Translations under genes and position numbers: made by a program | Part shown: positions 35,377 to 47,700 of the stretch, piece after piece | Position numbering within the stretch: position 1 is the stretch's first letter | How the letters are laid out: each line of letters opens with the position of its first letter | Assembly: GCA_032718475.1 (NCBI GenBank) | Contig: JAUCBJ010008896.1 | Span: 124,001-188,000, forward strand | DNA: 64,000 nt | Origin: Nemertoderma westbladi | Lineage: Eukaryota; Animalia; Xenacoelomorpha | Reading direction: 5' to 3' | Notes under the pieces: generated by a model | What the model was told of the DNA's origin: nothing | What the model saw: only the letters and a program-made list of their open reading frames with translations | The model's database searches: none

Positions 35377-38300
35377 TCATTACTAACAGAAACCTGGCTG
35401 CTTCATTACTAACAGAAACCTGGCAGCTTCATTACTAACAGAAACCTGGCTGCTTCATTACTAACAGAAACCTGGCTGCTTCATTACTAACAGAAACCTG
35501 GCTGCTTCATTACTAACAGAAACCTGGCTGCTTCATTACTAACAGAAACCTGGCAGCTTCATTACTAACAGAAACCTCGCTGCTTCATTACTAACAGAAC
35601 CCTGGCTGGTTCATTACTAACAGAAACCTGGCTGCTTCATTACTAACAGAAACCTGGCTGCTTCATTACTAACAGAAACCTGGCTGCTTCATTACTAACA
35701 GAAACCTGGCTGCTTCATTACTAACAGAAACCTGGCTGCTTCATTACTAACAGAAACCTGGCTGCTTCATTACTAACAGAAACCTGGCTGCTTCATTAAT
35801 AACAGAAACCTGGCTGCTTCATTACTAACAGAAACTGGCTGCTTCATTACTAACAGAAACCTGGCAGCTTCATTACTAACAGAAACTGGCTGCTTCATTA
35901 CTAACAGAAACCTCGCAGCTTCATTACTAACAGAAACCTGGCTGCTTCATTACTAACAGAATCCTGGCTGCTTCATTACTAACAGAAACCTGGCAGCTTC
36001 ATTACTAACAGAAACCTGGCTGCTTCAGAAACCTGGCTGCTTCATTACTAACAGAAACCTGGCTGCTTCATTACTAACAGAAACCTGGCTGCTTCATTAC
36101 TAACAGAAACCTGGCTGCTTCATTACTAACAGAAACCTGGCTGCTTCATTACTAACAGAAACCTGGCTGCTTCATTACTAACAGAAACCTGGTTGCTTCA
36201 TTACTAACAGAAACCTGGCTGCTTCATTACTAACAGAAACCTGGCTGCTTCATTACTAACAGAAACCTGGCTGCTTCAGAAACCTGGCTGCTTCATTACT
36301 AACAGAAACCTGGCTGCTTCATTACTAACAGAAACCTGGCTGCTTCATTACTAACAGAAACCTGGCTGCTTTATTACTAACAGAAACCTGGCTGCTTCAT
36401 TACTAACAGAAACCTGGCTGCTTCATTACTAACAGAAACCTGGCTGCTTCATTACTAACAGAAACCTGGCTGCTTCATTACTAACAGAAACCTGGTTGCT
36501 TCATTACTAACAGAAACCTGGATGCTTCATTACTAACAGAAACCTGGCTGCTTCATTACTAGCAGAAACCTGGCTGCTTCATTACTAACAGAAACCTGGC
36601 TGCTTCAGAAACCTGGCTGCTTCAGAAACCTGGCTGCTTCATTACCAACAGAAACCTGGCTGCTCCATTACTAACAGAAACCTGGCTGCTTCATTACTAA
36701 CAGAAACCTGGCTGCTTCAGAAACCAGGCTGCTTCAGAAACCTGGCTGCTTCAGAAACCTGGCTGCTTCATTACCAACAGAAACCTGGCTGCTCCATTAC
36801 TAGCAGAAACCTGGCTGCTTCATTACTAACAGAAACCTGGCTGCTTCATTACTAACAGAAACCTGGCTGCTTCATTACTAACAGAAACCTGGCTGCTTCA
36901 TTACTAACAGAAACCTGGCTGCTTCATTACTAACAGAAACCTGGCTGCTTCATTACTAACAGAAACCTGGCTGCTTCATTACTAACAGAAACCTAGCTGC
37001 TTCATTACTAACAGAAACCTGGCAGCTTCATTACTAACAGAAACCTGGCTGCTTCATTACTAACAGAAACCTGGCAGCTTCATTACTAACAGAAACATGG
37101 CTGCTTCATTACTAACAGAAACCTGGCTGCTTCATTACTAACAGAAACCTGGCTGCTTCATTACTAACAGAAACCTGGCAGCTTCATTACTAACAGAAAC
37201 CTGGCTGCTTCATTACTAACAGAAATCTGGCTGCATCATTACTAACAGAAACCTGGCTGCTTCATTACTAACAGAAACCTGGCAGCTTCATTACTAACAG
37301 AAACCTGGCTGCTTCATTACTAACAGAAACCTGGCAGCTTCCTTACTAACAGAAACCTGGCTGCTTCATTACTAACAGAAACCTGGCTGCTTCATTACTA
37401 ACAGAAACCTGGCAGCTTCATTACTAACAGAAACCTGGTTGCTTCATTACTAACAGAAACCTGGCTGCTTCATTACTAACAGAAACCTGGTTGCTTCATT
37501 ACTAACAGAAACCTGGCAGCTTCATTACTAACAGAAACCTGGTTGCTTCATTACTAACAGAAACCTGGCTGCTTCATTACTAACAGAAACCTTGCTGCTT
37601 CATTACTAACAGAAACCTGGCTGCTTCATTACTAACAGAAACCTGGCTGCTTCATTACTAACAGAAACCTGGCTGCTTCATTACTAACAGAAACCTGGCT
37701 GCTTCATTACTAACAGAAACCTGGCTGCTTCATTACTAACAGAAACCTGGCTGCTTCATTACTAACAGAAACCTGGCTGCTTCATTACTAACAGAAACCT
37801 GGCTGCTTCATTACTAACAGAAACCTTGCTGCTTCATTACTAACAGAAACCTGGTTGGTTCATTACTAACAGAAACCTGGCTGCTTCATTACTAACAGAA
37901 ACCTGGCTGCTTCATTACTAACAGAAACCTGGCTGCTTCATTACTAACAGAAACCTGGCTGCTTCATTACTAACAGAAACCTGGCTGCTTCATTACTAAC
38001 AGAAACCTGGCAGCTTCATTACTAACAGAAACCTGGCTGCTTCATTACTAACAGAAACCTGGCTGCATCATTACTAACAGAAACCTGGCTGCTTCATTAC
38101 TAACAGAAACCTGGCAGCTTCATTACTAACAGAAACCTGGCAGCTTCATTACTAACAGAAACCTGGCTGCTTCATTACTAACAGAAACCTGGCTGCTTCA
38201 TTACTAACAGAAACCTGGCTGCTTCATTACTAACAGAAACCTGGCAGCTTCATTACTAACAGAAACCTGGCTGCTTCATTACTAACAGAAACCTGGCTGC

Positions 38301-40771
38301 TTCATTACTAACAGAAACCTGGCTGCTTCATTACTAACAGAAACCTGGCTGCTTCATTACTAACAGAAACCTGGCAGCTTCATTACTAACAGAAACCTGG
38401 CTGCTTCATTACTAACAGAAACCTGGCTGCTTCATTACTAACAGAAACCTGGCTGCTTCATTACTAACAGAAACCTGGCTGCTTCATTACTAACAGAAAC
38501 CTGGCTGCTTCATTACTAACAGAAACCTGGCTGCTTCATTACTAACAGAAACCTGGCTGCTTCATTACTAACAGAAACCTGGCTGCTTCATTACTAACAG
38601 AAACCTGGTTGCTTCATTACTAACAGAAACCTGGCAGCTTCATTACTAACAGAAACCTGGCTGCTTCATTACTAACAGAAACCTGGCTGCTTCATTACTA
38701 ACAGAAACCTGGCAGCTTCATTACTAACAGAAACCTGGCTGCTTCATTACTAACAGAAACCTGGCTGCTTCATTACTAACAGAAACCTGGCTGCTTCATT
38801 ACTAACAGAAACCTGGCTGCTTCATTACTAACAGAAACCTGGCTGCTTCATTACTAACAGAAACCTGGCTGCTTCATTACTAACAGAAACCTGGCTGCTT
38901 CATTACTAACAGAAACCTGGCTGCTTCATTACTAACAGAAACCTGGCTGCTTCATTACTAACAGAAACCTGGCTGCTTCATTACTAACAGAAACCTGGCA
39001 GCTTCATTACTAACAGAAACCTGGTTGCATCATTACTAACAGAAACCTGGCTGCTTCATTACTAACAGAAACCTGGTTGCTTCATTACTAACAGAAACCT
39101 GGTTGCTTCATTACTAACAGAAACCTGGCTGCTTCATTACTAACAGAAACCTGGCTGCTTCATTACTAACAGAAACCTGGCTGCTTCATTACTAACAGAA
39201 ACCTGGCTGCTTCATTACTAACAGAAACCTGGCTGCTTCATTACTAACAGAAACCTGGCAGCTTCATTACTAACAGAAACCTGGCTGCTTCATTACTAAC
39301 AGAAACCTGGCTGCTTCATTACTAACAGAAACCTGGCTGCTTCATTACTAACAGAAACCTTGCAGCTTCATTACTAACAGAAACCTGGCAGCTTCATTAC
39401 TAACAGAAACCTGGCTGCTTCATTACTAACAGAAACCTGGCTGCTTCATTACTAACAGAAACCTGGCTGCTTCATTACTAACAGAAACCTGGCAGCTTCA
39501 TTACTAACAGAAACCTGGTTGCTTCATTACTAACAGAAACCTGGCAGCTTCATTACTAACAGAAACCTGGCTGCTTCATTACTAACAGAAACCTGGCTGC
39601 TTCATTACTAACAGAAACCTGGCTGCTTCATTACTAACAGAAACCTGGCTGCTTCATTACTAACAGAAACCTGGCTGCTTCATTACTAACAGAAACCTGG
39701 CTGCTTCATTACTAACAGAAACCTGGCTGCTTCATTACTAACAGAAACCTGGCAGCTTCATTACTAACAGAAACCTGGTTGCTTCATTACTAACAGAAAC
39801 CTGGCTGCTTCATTACTAACAGAAACCTGGCTGCTTCATTACTAACAGAAACCTGGCTGCTTCATTACTAACAGAAACCTGGCTGCTTCATTACTAACAG
39901 AAACCTGGCTGCTTCATTACTAACAGAAACCTGGCTGCTTCATTACTAACAGAAACCTGGCTGCTTCATTACTAACAGAAACCTGGCTGCTTCATTACTA
40001 ACAGAAACCTGGCTGCTTCATTACTAACAGAAACCTGGCTGCTTCATTACTAACAGAAACCTGGCTGCTTCATTACTAACAGAAACCTGGCTGCTTCATT
40101 ACTAACAGAAACCTGGCTGCTTCATTACTAACAGAAACCTGGCTGCTTCATTACTAACAGAAACCTGGCTGCTTCATTACTAACAGAAACCTGGCTGCTT
40201 CATTACTAACAGAAACCTGGCAGCTTCATTACTAACAGAAACCTGGTTGCATCATTACTAACAGAAACCTGGCTGCTTCATTACTAACAGAAACCTGGTT
40301 GCTTCATTACTAACAGAAACCTGGCTGCTTCATTACTAACAGAAACCTGGCTGCTTCATTACTAACAGAAACCTGGCTGCTTCATTACTAACAGAAACCT
40401 GGCTGCTTCATTACTAACAGAAACCTGGCTGCTTCATTACTAACAGAAACCTGGCTGCTTCATTACTAACAGAAACCTGGCTGCTTCATTACTAACAGAA
40501 ACCTGACTGCTTCATTAAACAGAAACCTGGCTGCTCCATTACTAACAGAAACCTGGCTGCTTCATTACTAACAGAAACCTGGCTGCTTCATTACTAACAG
40601 AAACCTGGCTGCTTCATTACAAACAGAAACCTGGCTGCTTCATTACTAACAGAAACCTGGCTGCTTCATTACAAACAGAAACCTGGCTGCTTCATTACTA
40701 ACAGAAACCTGGCTGCTTCATTACTAACAGAAACCTGGCTGCGTCATTACTAACAGAAACCTGGCTGCTTC
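35377..40771. repeat. 26-bp satellite, about 5.4 kb
   Basis: Head-to-tail CATTACTAACAGAAACCTGGCTGCTT, roughly 200 copies, very homogeneous, with occasional 17-bp short units. Confidence 0.98.
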
Positions 40772-42229
40772 TTTGTGGTATGTAGGCATACACACACCAT
40801 TCGTTGTTGTGTTTCCTCATTGCGGTGATAATCGTTGTATTGTTGAATGTTTCTTGGACCCATGGCCTACTGAAATAATTACATTTAAGTAGGCCATGTT
40901 CGACCTCTTGAAGTTCTCGCTCGGTCCTGACGAAATTGCTTCCGTTGTCTGAATAAAACTTTTCTATCTGTCCTCTCTTTCAATTAATAAATCGTTCAAG
41001 AGGATTTAAGAATGCAGAGATTGAAGCGTCTACAGCTATCTCTATTGCGACGGGTCTGGATGTAAAGCGTACGAAGAATAGGGCGTATTGTATCTCGCTG
41101 TGTCTCTGTACTTTACTTTGATTGTGATGGGTCCTAACAGTTCGACTCCAGTGTATGTAAACGATGGTTGGTAGGCCTTTATTCTATCTTCCGGGAGGGG
41201 GGGGGGGGGGGGGGGGGGGCATGATTTCTCTTTTCTTTCCCTCTATTTTCGCTTCTTACAACAAGTGAGGCATTTGAGAGTAAATTCCACAAGTTTGTGG
41301 TGCTGCTACGCATTAGTTAGTTACCTACCTTACAGACCTGTCTCTTTATTTCATTACCCGTTCCGTCTCCCTTTGAGAATATCAACATTTCCTATTTCTC
41401 TCTACATTTCCTGGCTTGGCCTCCTGAGAATCCCTTCAGCTGCGGGGCCAAACCTACCGTTCAGCTGGCTGCCATCAGCTGATCACTGGTTGCATGCAAT
41501 GTCTAGGTCTAGGTCTTGTTGCTTTTTAGTTTTTTACATACTTTGGTACTAACACAGTTGTTTACTTAACGTGCGTGACAAACAAATAAATAAATATATT
41601 TGTAATTATTGGTTACTCAAGCTTCTACTTCAATTGTTATTATTATTATCATTATTATTAATATTACAGACAAAATAGGTTCCGAAGAATTTCCTAGATC
41701 TGGTTGAGCAAACGGAATAGATTAGGAACAGCGTTATACAGTATGTTTCGGGTTTAACTTCAGAACCTCCACAAGTAGTTGATTAATTAATTTCAGTGTC
41801 ATTTTCGTTTGAATTTTATTTTCATGCGTGAGCGTAAACTTATTTCGGACGTATTTCGGAAAATTGAGCAGTATGCTCATTTTCGTGCACCTAAAAGTGG
41901 GCGTGGAGTTATACATACTGTAACTACAGCATAGGCTACAAATAACAAGTTATAATTTAAAATATACTTCGGGAATATTTTTTATATATGGAGAGAAAAA
42001 CATGAAGGATCCATCGAACTTCTGGTCAAAGGGCGACAATGCTTAGAAGAGGAAACTGCTTTGAATATGGGGCAGCGGAATCGAGTTTACCAAGAGATTG
42101 GAGGATCTTAATTTAACGGGAACCAAGTTTTATTCAAGGATAATCGCTCTTCCTTCTACAATAATGCGTATTGAGAAACCCGAGATAAGGAGAGCGGGGG
42201 GATATTTCTGAAAATTCCGAGCTTGGGCT

Positions 42230-42490
42230 ACTACTACCATCGGCATTCTGCTTGCAGCTGCATGCCAAAGCACAAGAGTATGTAATAGCTTGTCCCTTCG
42301 GCGAAAGCAATGTCCTGCAAAGCGAAGGCGGTCAAACCAGGGGAAAATAATGGAACACTTCCAATTTTGTAGAGTCTGATTGGTAATGTGTTTATTGTAC
42401 TTGTCACAATGAATCTGGCGCAGCATTCTTGTGAAAGTGCCATCCAGAGATTTGGTAACCATTGCAGTTCAAGCCCAGCATGGACCCCCA
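42230..42490 (-). mobile_element. RTE LINE 3' fragment
   Basis: TKSLDGTFTRMLR...HITNQTL...RLRFAGHCFRR...LVLW; related to 57871-58293. Confidence 0.8.
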
Positions 42491-44323
42491 TGGGGGGGGG
42501 GGGGGGGGGTTATAATCGAGAGGTCCCCTGCAACGGCTTCCCGAAGTTTTCATGTTTTGTCAAAATTCGGTTTTATAATTCCATTGGAAATCACCATTAT
42601 TGTGCTGCATGACTATCAATTATTGCCACTGTGTATGTACAGTATATAGGGTGAACTCCTCTGAATGTCAAGTGAATGTCTCTGAATGTCTGAAATTTTA
42701 CGAGAGGCTAACCCCACATCCGCCAATTAGCAGGAACACTCACGAAAGTTTATATATATATATATATTATCAAATATATATATCTGGTCTGAATGTACAA
42801 TCAATCACTGTAAGTATAGCTTCGGCACTTATAAACTGCTTCAAGGGAATAAAGTGACGATTACGTGTAAACCGTTCCGTTATATTGTGTTGTTGGCGGG
42901 CAAATGTACGTGTGACTTATATATATTACAGGTAGGACACTATGTTGGACTTAGTACGTGGTAAGCGCACAGTTTACTCGTGCTGTATACATAGTGTTAG
43001 TAGATTATAGTTAATAGTTTGGGAATAATATTGCAGTACTATGGACGCACACACTCGCACTAAATGAACCGAATCTATTACAAACAGGGCGCAGGCAGCA
43101 CTAACCGTGTGGAAATCGAGTATCTGATGGAATCTGATCTTGTATATTCATCAACAAGGTAAAGCAATAATAGTAACTAATAATAATGCACGCAATAGGC
43201 AATAAGGAATGCAACAAGTTAATGATGCAATACAGCAAGGTGAAATATCACGAGTTACAAGTTACATGCCTTAAGTTACATGACTCGTAGTGGGCTTAAT
43301 ATGTTGTGGGGCGAGCGACGAAAGTAAGCGAGCTTAGCATACAGGTACCACTAACTCAATCGGTGTGTCTGTTGTTCTGTCGATCTGTCGTGTCCAATTT
43401 TAAACGTAAATAACTCAGCCAAATCTTGATAAAATATATCCAAACTTGGTACATATGTAGTCTGGCAAAAGTTTAGAAATTTTCCAAGTTGAATTTGCGT
43501 GGGGTCTTCGTGCAGCATCTGTGTAACTGTCTTACAGTTATAATAAATTAATATACCCAAAAATTTTTAGGCTTGGCATCAGCTGGTTGCTAGAAGACTA
43601 CAGGATTACAGTACGGTACCGGTACTGTTAACTGTTACAGTGGTACAGAGTTACCGGTACCGTCTTCAGGTCGTTGGTCGTTGGCAAGGCCATCTAAGTG
43701 GAACGGAATGGAATGGAAACGGAACCTGCGGGAATTCTACTGTTCTACGGGAATAAACCGCAGCTGTCCAGTGACTACGGACGGCTAGGCCTACTGGGAT
43801 GAGCAGGTATTTCGATCGAGTTTCTCGTATTCTCGATTTTCTCGAATTCTCGATATTTCCTATAAACCACATGGCTTCGCATATTGAACGTGTGATTGGA
43901 AATAAGTTTGTGCTACCCGTCCGCCCCTTGGGTGGTAGATGTCGCGGTTATGTATTGGTTGGTAGGAAGGGGGCGGGGGGGGGGGGGTGCAGTTTAAAAG
44001 GGCTGAACACGTACTGTCCCCCTTTCTTTGATTGATTGTCGGTATGGTTAAATTTCTCAAATACTGATTTTGTGATACAGTCGCTCAATTTTAATTTGAA
44101 TCTCATAACTGGGCCTCGTCCTGCGCGAAGGCCCCACGAACGTGTTAGGTCATGCCTGAGAGTAATGGGATGAACATCGACTATATAAGCACGGCAAGAA
44201 TAGAACAGCCAATAGGGTGCAAGAATACCTGTACCGGTAGTTACCAATGAGAGTTCAGCACTACCATAACTGCTGCTAGGCAACATATAAACAAGTTTCA
44301 CGGTGGTATACAATATGAGTTAG

Positions 44324-44714
44324 CGCCAGACCGTCCTACGGACATCTTGCCCCACCCCGCAGGGTTGGTGGCATTAGGTTCATAGAGGGCCAGTCGGGAC
44401 CTACCGGTAGCCTTATCTGGGAGTCCCGGTCTGAGTCGGACATACCTGTACCGAGGGAGGCCCTGACTGTCAGATCACACCCTTACCGGTACTACACCTC
44501 ACGGCCTATATCCCTGGTTCGTTGAGTACCTACCGTCATAGGTTTTACCTCACCTAGTTAGTTAGGCCTATCATTTGTTGTTTATTGTTTACCTTTACCA
44601 TAGCAGGATATTTACCACCCTGTCTATCGCTTATTATACGATTGGATTATAGCCTATCTTCCTATTAGCATTCCTATTACCAGTCAGCCAAGTGGCGACT
44701 TTACCACCTTGGCG
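44324..44714 (+). repeat. 5' LTR
   Basis: Direct repeat of 49898-50288; no differences seen. Confidence 0.96.
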
Positions 44715-44728
44715 TGGTGGCAGCGGTG
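44715..44728 (+). promoter_or_regulatory. Primer binding site, tRNA-Leu type
   Basis: TGGTGGCAGCGGTG directly abuts the LTR and is complementary to the ...CACCGCUGCCACCA 3' end of animal tRNA-Leu. Confidence 0.85.
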
Positions 44729-44799
44729 TACGATTATTCGAATCCCTCCTGAATACCAACCCACGGTACCGGTACCGGCTGTCTAATTACGGATAAAAG

Positions 44800-47700
44800 A
44801 TGGCCGCACTCAAAACACCACGCCTAAACCCCTTATCTAAAACCGAATCGATAAACTCTTTTGAAGCTTGGCGTCAAACACTAATATATAGCTTATCACT
44901 CGACCCAGAATTCGCACGATTCACTGCCGATGGAGTTCGATGGACCAAAACATCGCCAGCCCATCCGACCCGCGGCCTTGTAGGCGACGGAGACAATATC
45001 CCCGCCACTCAGCGGCGCACCGCACAGCAGAAAGTTACTACTCTCAACCTACTACTAGGACAAATAGCAAACTATGCGCCTATAATTTCACGTAACTCAA
45101 TTATACGCTCATCCACGTCACTGAACTTTATCTGGCAGGCCTTGCGCCTTCATTACGGTTTCGAGTCGTCTGGCTCACACTTTCTCGACTTCGCCGCTAT
45201 ACAGCTTGAACACGAAGAGCGACCCGAAGACTTGTATCAAAGACTCGTCGCGTTCACCGACGACAACTTACTTACTGTCGATGGCGGTATATCTCATTGT
45301 GGCGAAGCCCCTATAGTTGACGAGGAGGTTTCCCCTTCTTTAGAAAACTTTATCGTCTTGACGTGGTTACGTTTAATAAACCCAGATCTTCCTCAACTCA
45401 TCAAGCAACGATATGGCACAGAGTTGCGCTCCCGCACCCTAACATCCATCAAACAGGAAATCAGCCAGGCCCTGCCATCCCTACTCGATGAACTTCGCAC
45501 AAACGCCGATGTCCGAACTTTCCGCACTTTCACATCGTCTTCCACATCACGCGCCCCACCATCGGGTGCCCGCCGGAGCGGAGCACAAAGCTCCCGAGCC
45601 CAAACCACGAAAGTTTGCCCCCTCTGCCAACAGGCGAACCGCAGGGATACTGACCACTTCCTTAGCACCTGCCGTTTTCTACCTGAACAGGACCGCCGGT
45701 TCCTTGTTCGCACCCGCGTCGTCGAGGTAACTGATGATGAGGAGGAGTTGCCCGAGGAAACATACTATCCGGAAGAAGATGTGGTGGTTACGCCCCCGTC
45801 ACGGGTTCGCCGCGTCGCCGTTATACGATCACCAAGTATCGAGGTCACACATGGCTCCCGGCCTATCACGTTGCTTTTAGATTCCGGATCTGAGTCGAAT
45901 CTAATAGAGGAATCGTTAGCTATCCAGTTGGGTGCACTTATCACCCCCAGCTCACACCAAGTACCGGCTCTCGCTGACGGAAGGTCGACCCTCCGGGTTA
46001 CGGGTGAAACCAGGCTACGTTTTAAACGTGGAACGCTACATTTTGAGTTTCACGGCCTAGTTATTCCCCAATTGGGCTCCCCGATCATTGGCGGTATGCC
46101 TTTTCTCCAGTATAACGACATTTCAATCCGCCCTGCTCTCGGAACTGCAACATTCCGCGATGGATCCACAACCGCATACACAACCCAGGTCCAGCCCAAC
46201 CTGCGCGGCCGTCAATCGGATTCGCATCTCCTCCGTGCTTCAGCACGATCTGTCGTCATATGGCCTGGCGAGGAGTTACACATACCTCTTCCACTAACTG
46301 CAGACAAGGATGAAGACATACTTATTGCCCCCCACGTCCCCACGGGCAACCCCGTTGCCGCATCTCATGTATGGTTCCCACCGTTTTTAGCAAAGCACAC
46401 AAATGGACAAGTCTCCATACCCAACTCCAGCGGAGTTCCCATAACCATCAAACGAAACTCACATGTCTGTGTAGCAACTCCACTATGTTCTCCCACCCAA
46501 TCTGAACTTACTCCCTCAGTATTAGTTCCAGTCATCAGGAAGGCCCAGCACACTGCTGAAGGCAACACTAATCTCGTCCAACTCGATCCTGATGGATGTT
46601 TATCTGACTGCCAACGCACTGAGTTTAAGAATATCCTCAGTCAGTTCACATCTGTTTTCAACAGTCAAATTCCTGGATACAATGGCGCTGCTGGCCCTTT
46701 CGAGGCAGTCGTCAATATGGGACCAACACTTCCCCCTCAGCAGAAGGGACGCGTCCCACAGTACAGCCGAAACCGATTACTTGAACTCCAGGAAAAGTTC
46801 GATGAATTGGAGGCACTCGGCGTGTTTTCAACCCCCGAACGCGCAGGTATTAACGTCGAATACTTGAGCCCCTCATTTCTGGTAGCCAAACCCAGTGGAG
46901 GCACACGGCTAGTTACCGCATTCAACGAAGTGGCCCGGTACTCCAAGCCCCAGCCTTCACTCCTACCAGACGTAAACCACATACTTCGTATCATCGGAAG
47001 TTATAAATACATCGTTAAAACCGATCTCGTCAGCGCATTCTATCAAATCCCCCTACAACAAGCGTCAATGAAGTATTGTGGCGTCGTAACCCCATTCCGG
47101 GGAGTCCGTGTTTATACCCGATGCGCCATGGGCATGCCCGGATCCGAAACGGCCCTTGAGGAGCTCATGTGCAGAATCCTCGGCGATCTCCTTACCGAAG
47201 GTGTTGTCACCAAGATTGCCGACGACCTATACTGTGGCGGAGGCTCTATCCCCGAATTGGCCCATAACTTTTCCCGCATGCTCGCTGCATTGGACCGTTG
47301 TAATCTGCGCTTATCTCCACGAAAGACATTTATATGCCCGGAGTCTACTACTATCCTTGGATGGAAGTGGAGTCGCGGCTCACTCGCCGCATCCCCCCAT
47401 GTCGTGTCAACACTTGCTACGTGTACCACCCCCGGTACAGTTCGCGCATTGCGATCCTTTATCGGTTCGTACAAAATCCTCGCTCGGGTCCTTCCTCGAT
47501 GCTCTGCACTAGTCGCCCCACTTGATGGATTAGTCAGTGGTCATCCTAGCGATCCAGTAGCCTGGGAGGAGGCCACCCTAACAGCTTTTCGCCGAGCACA
47601 GGCAGCACTGAAGACGTGCCGGACAATCGTCATTCCCCATCCATCTGACGAACTATTTATCGTCACTGATGCTGCAACCAGCACAGGTGGATTGGGTGCA

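Noticed and set aside
35377-40771. CRISPR-like regular array (also considered for the 50-bp array)
   Set aside because: Units are head-to-tail with no unique spacers, there are no cas genes, and the context is eukaryotic.
41197-41219. Long G homopolymers (also ~60928-60950) as functional elements
   Set aside because: Isolated homopolymers of unreliable length with no supporting context.
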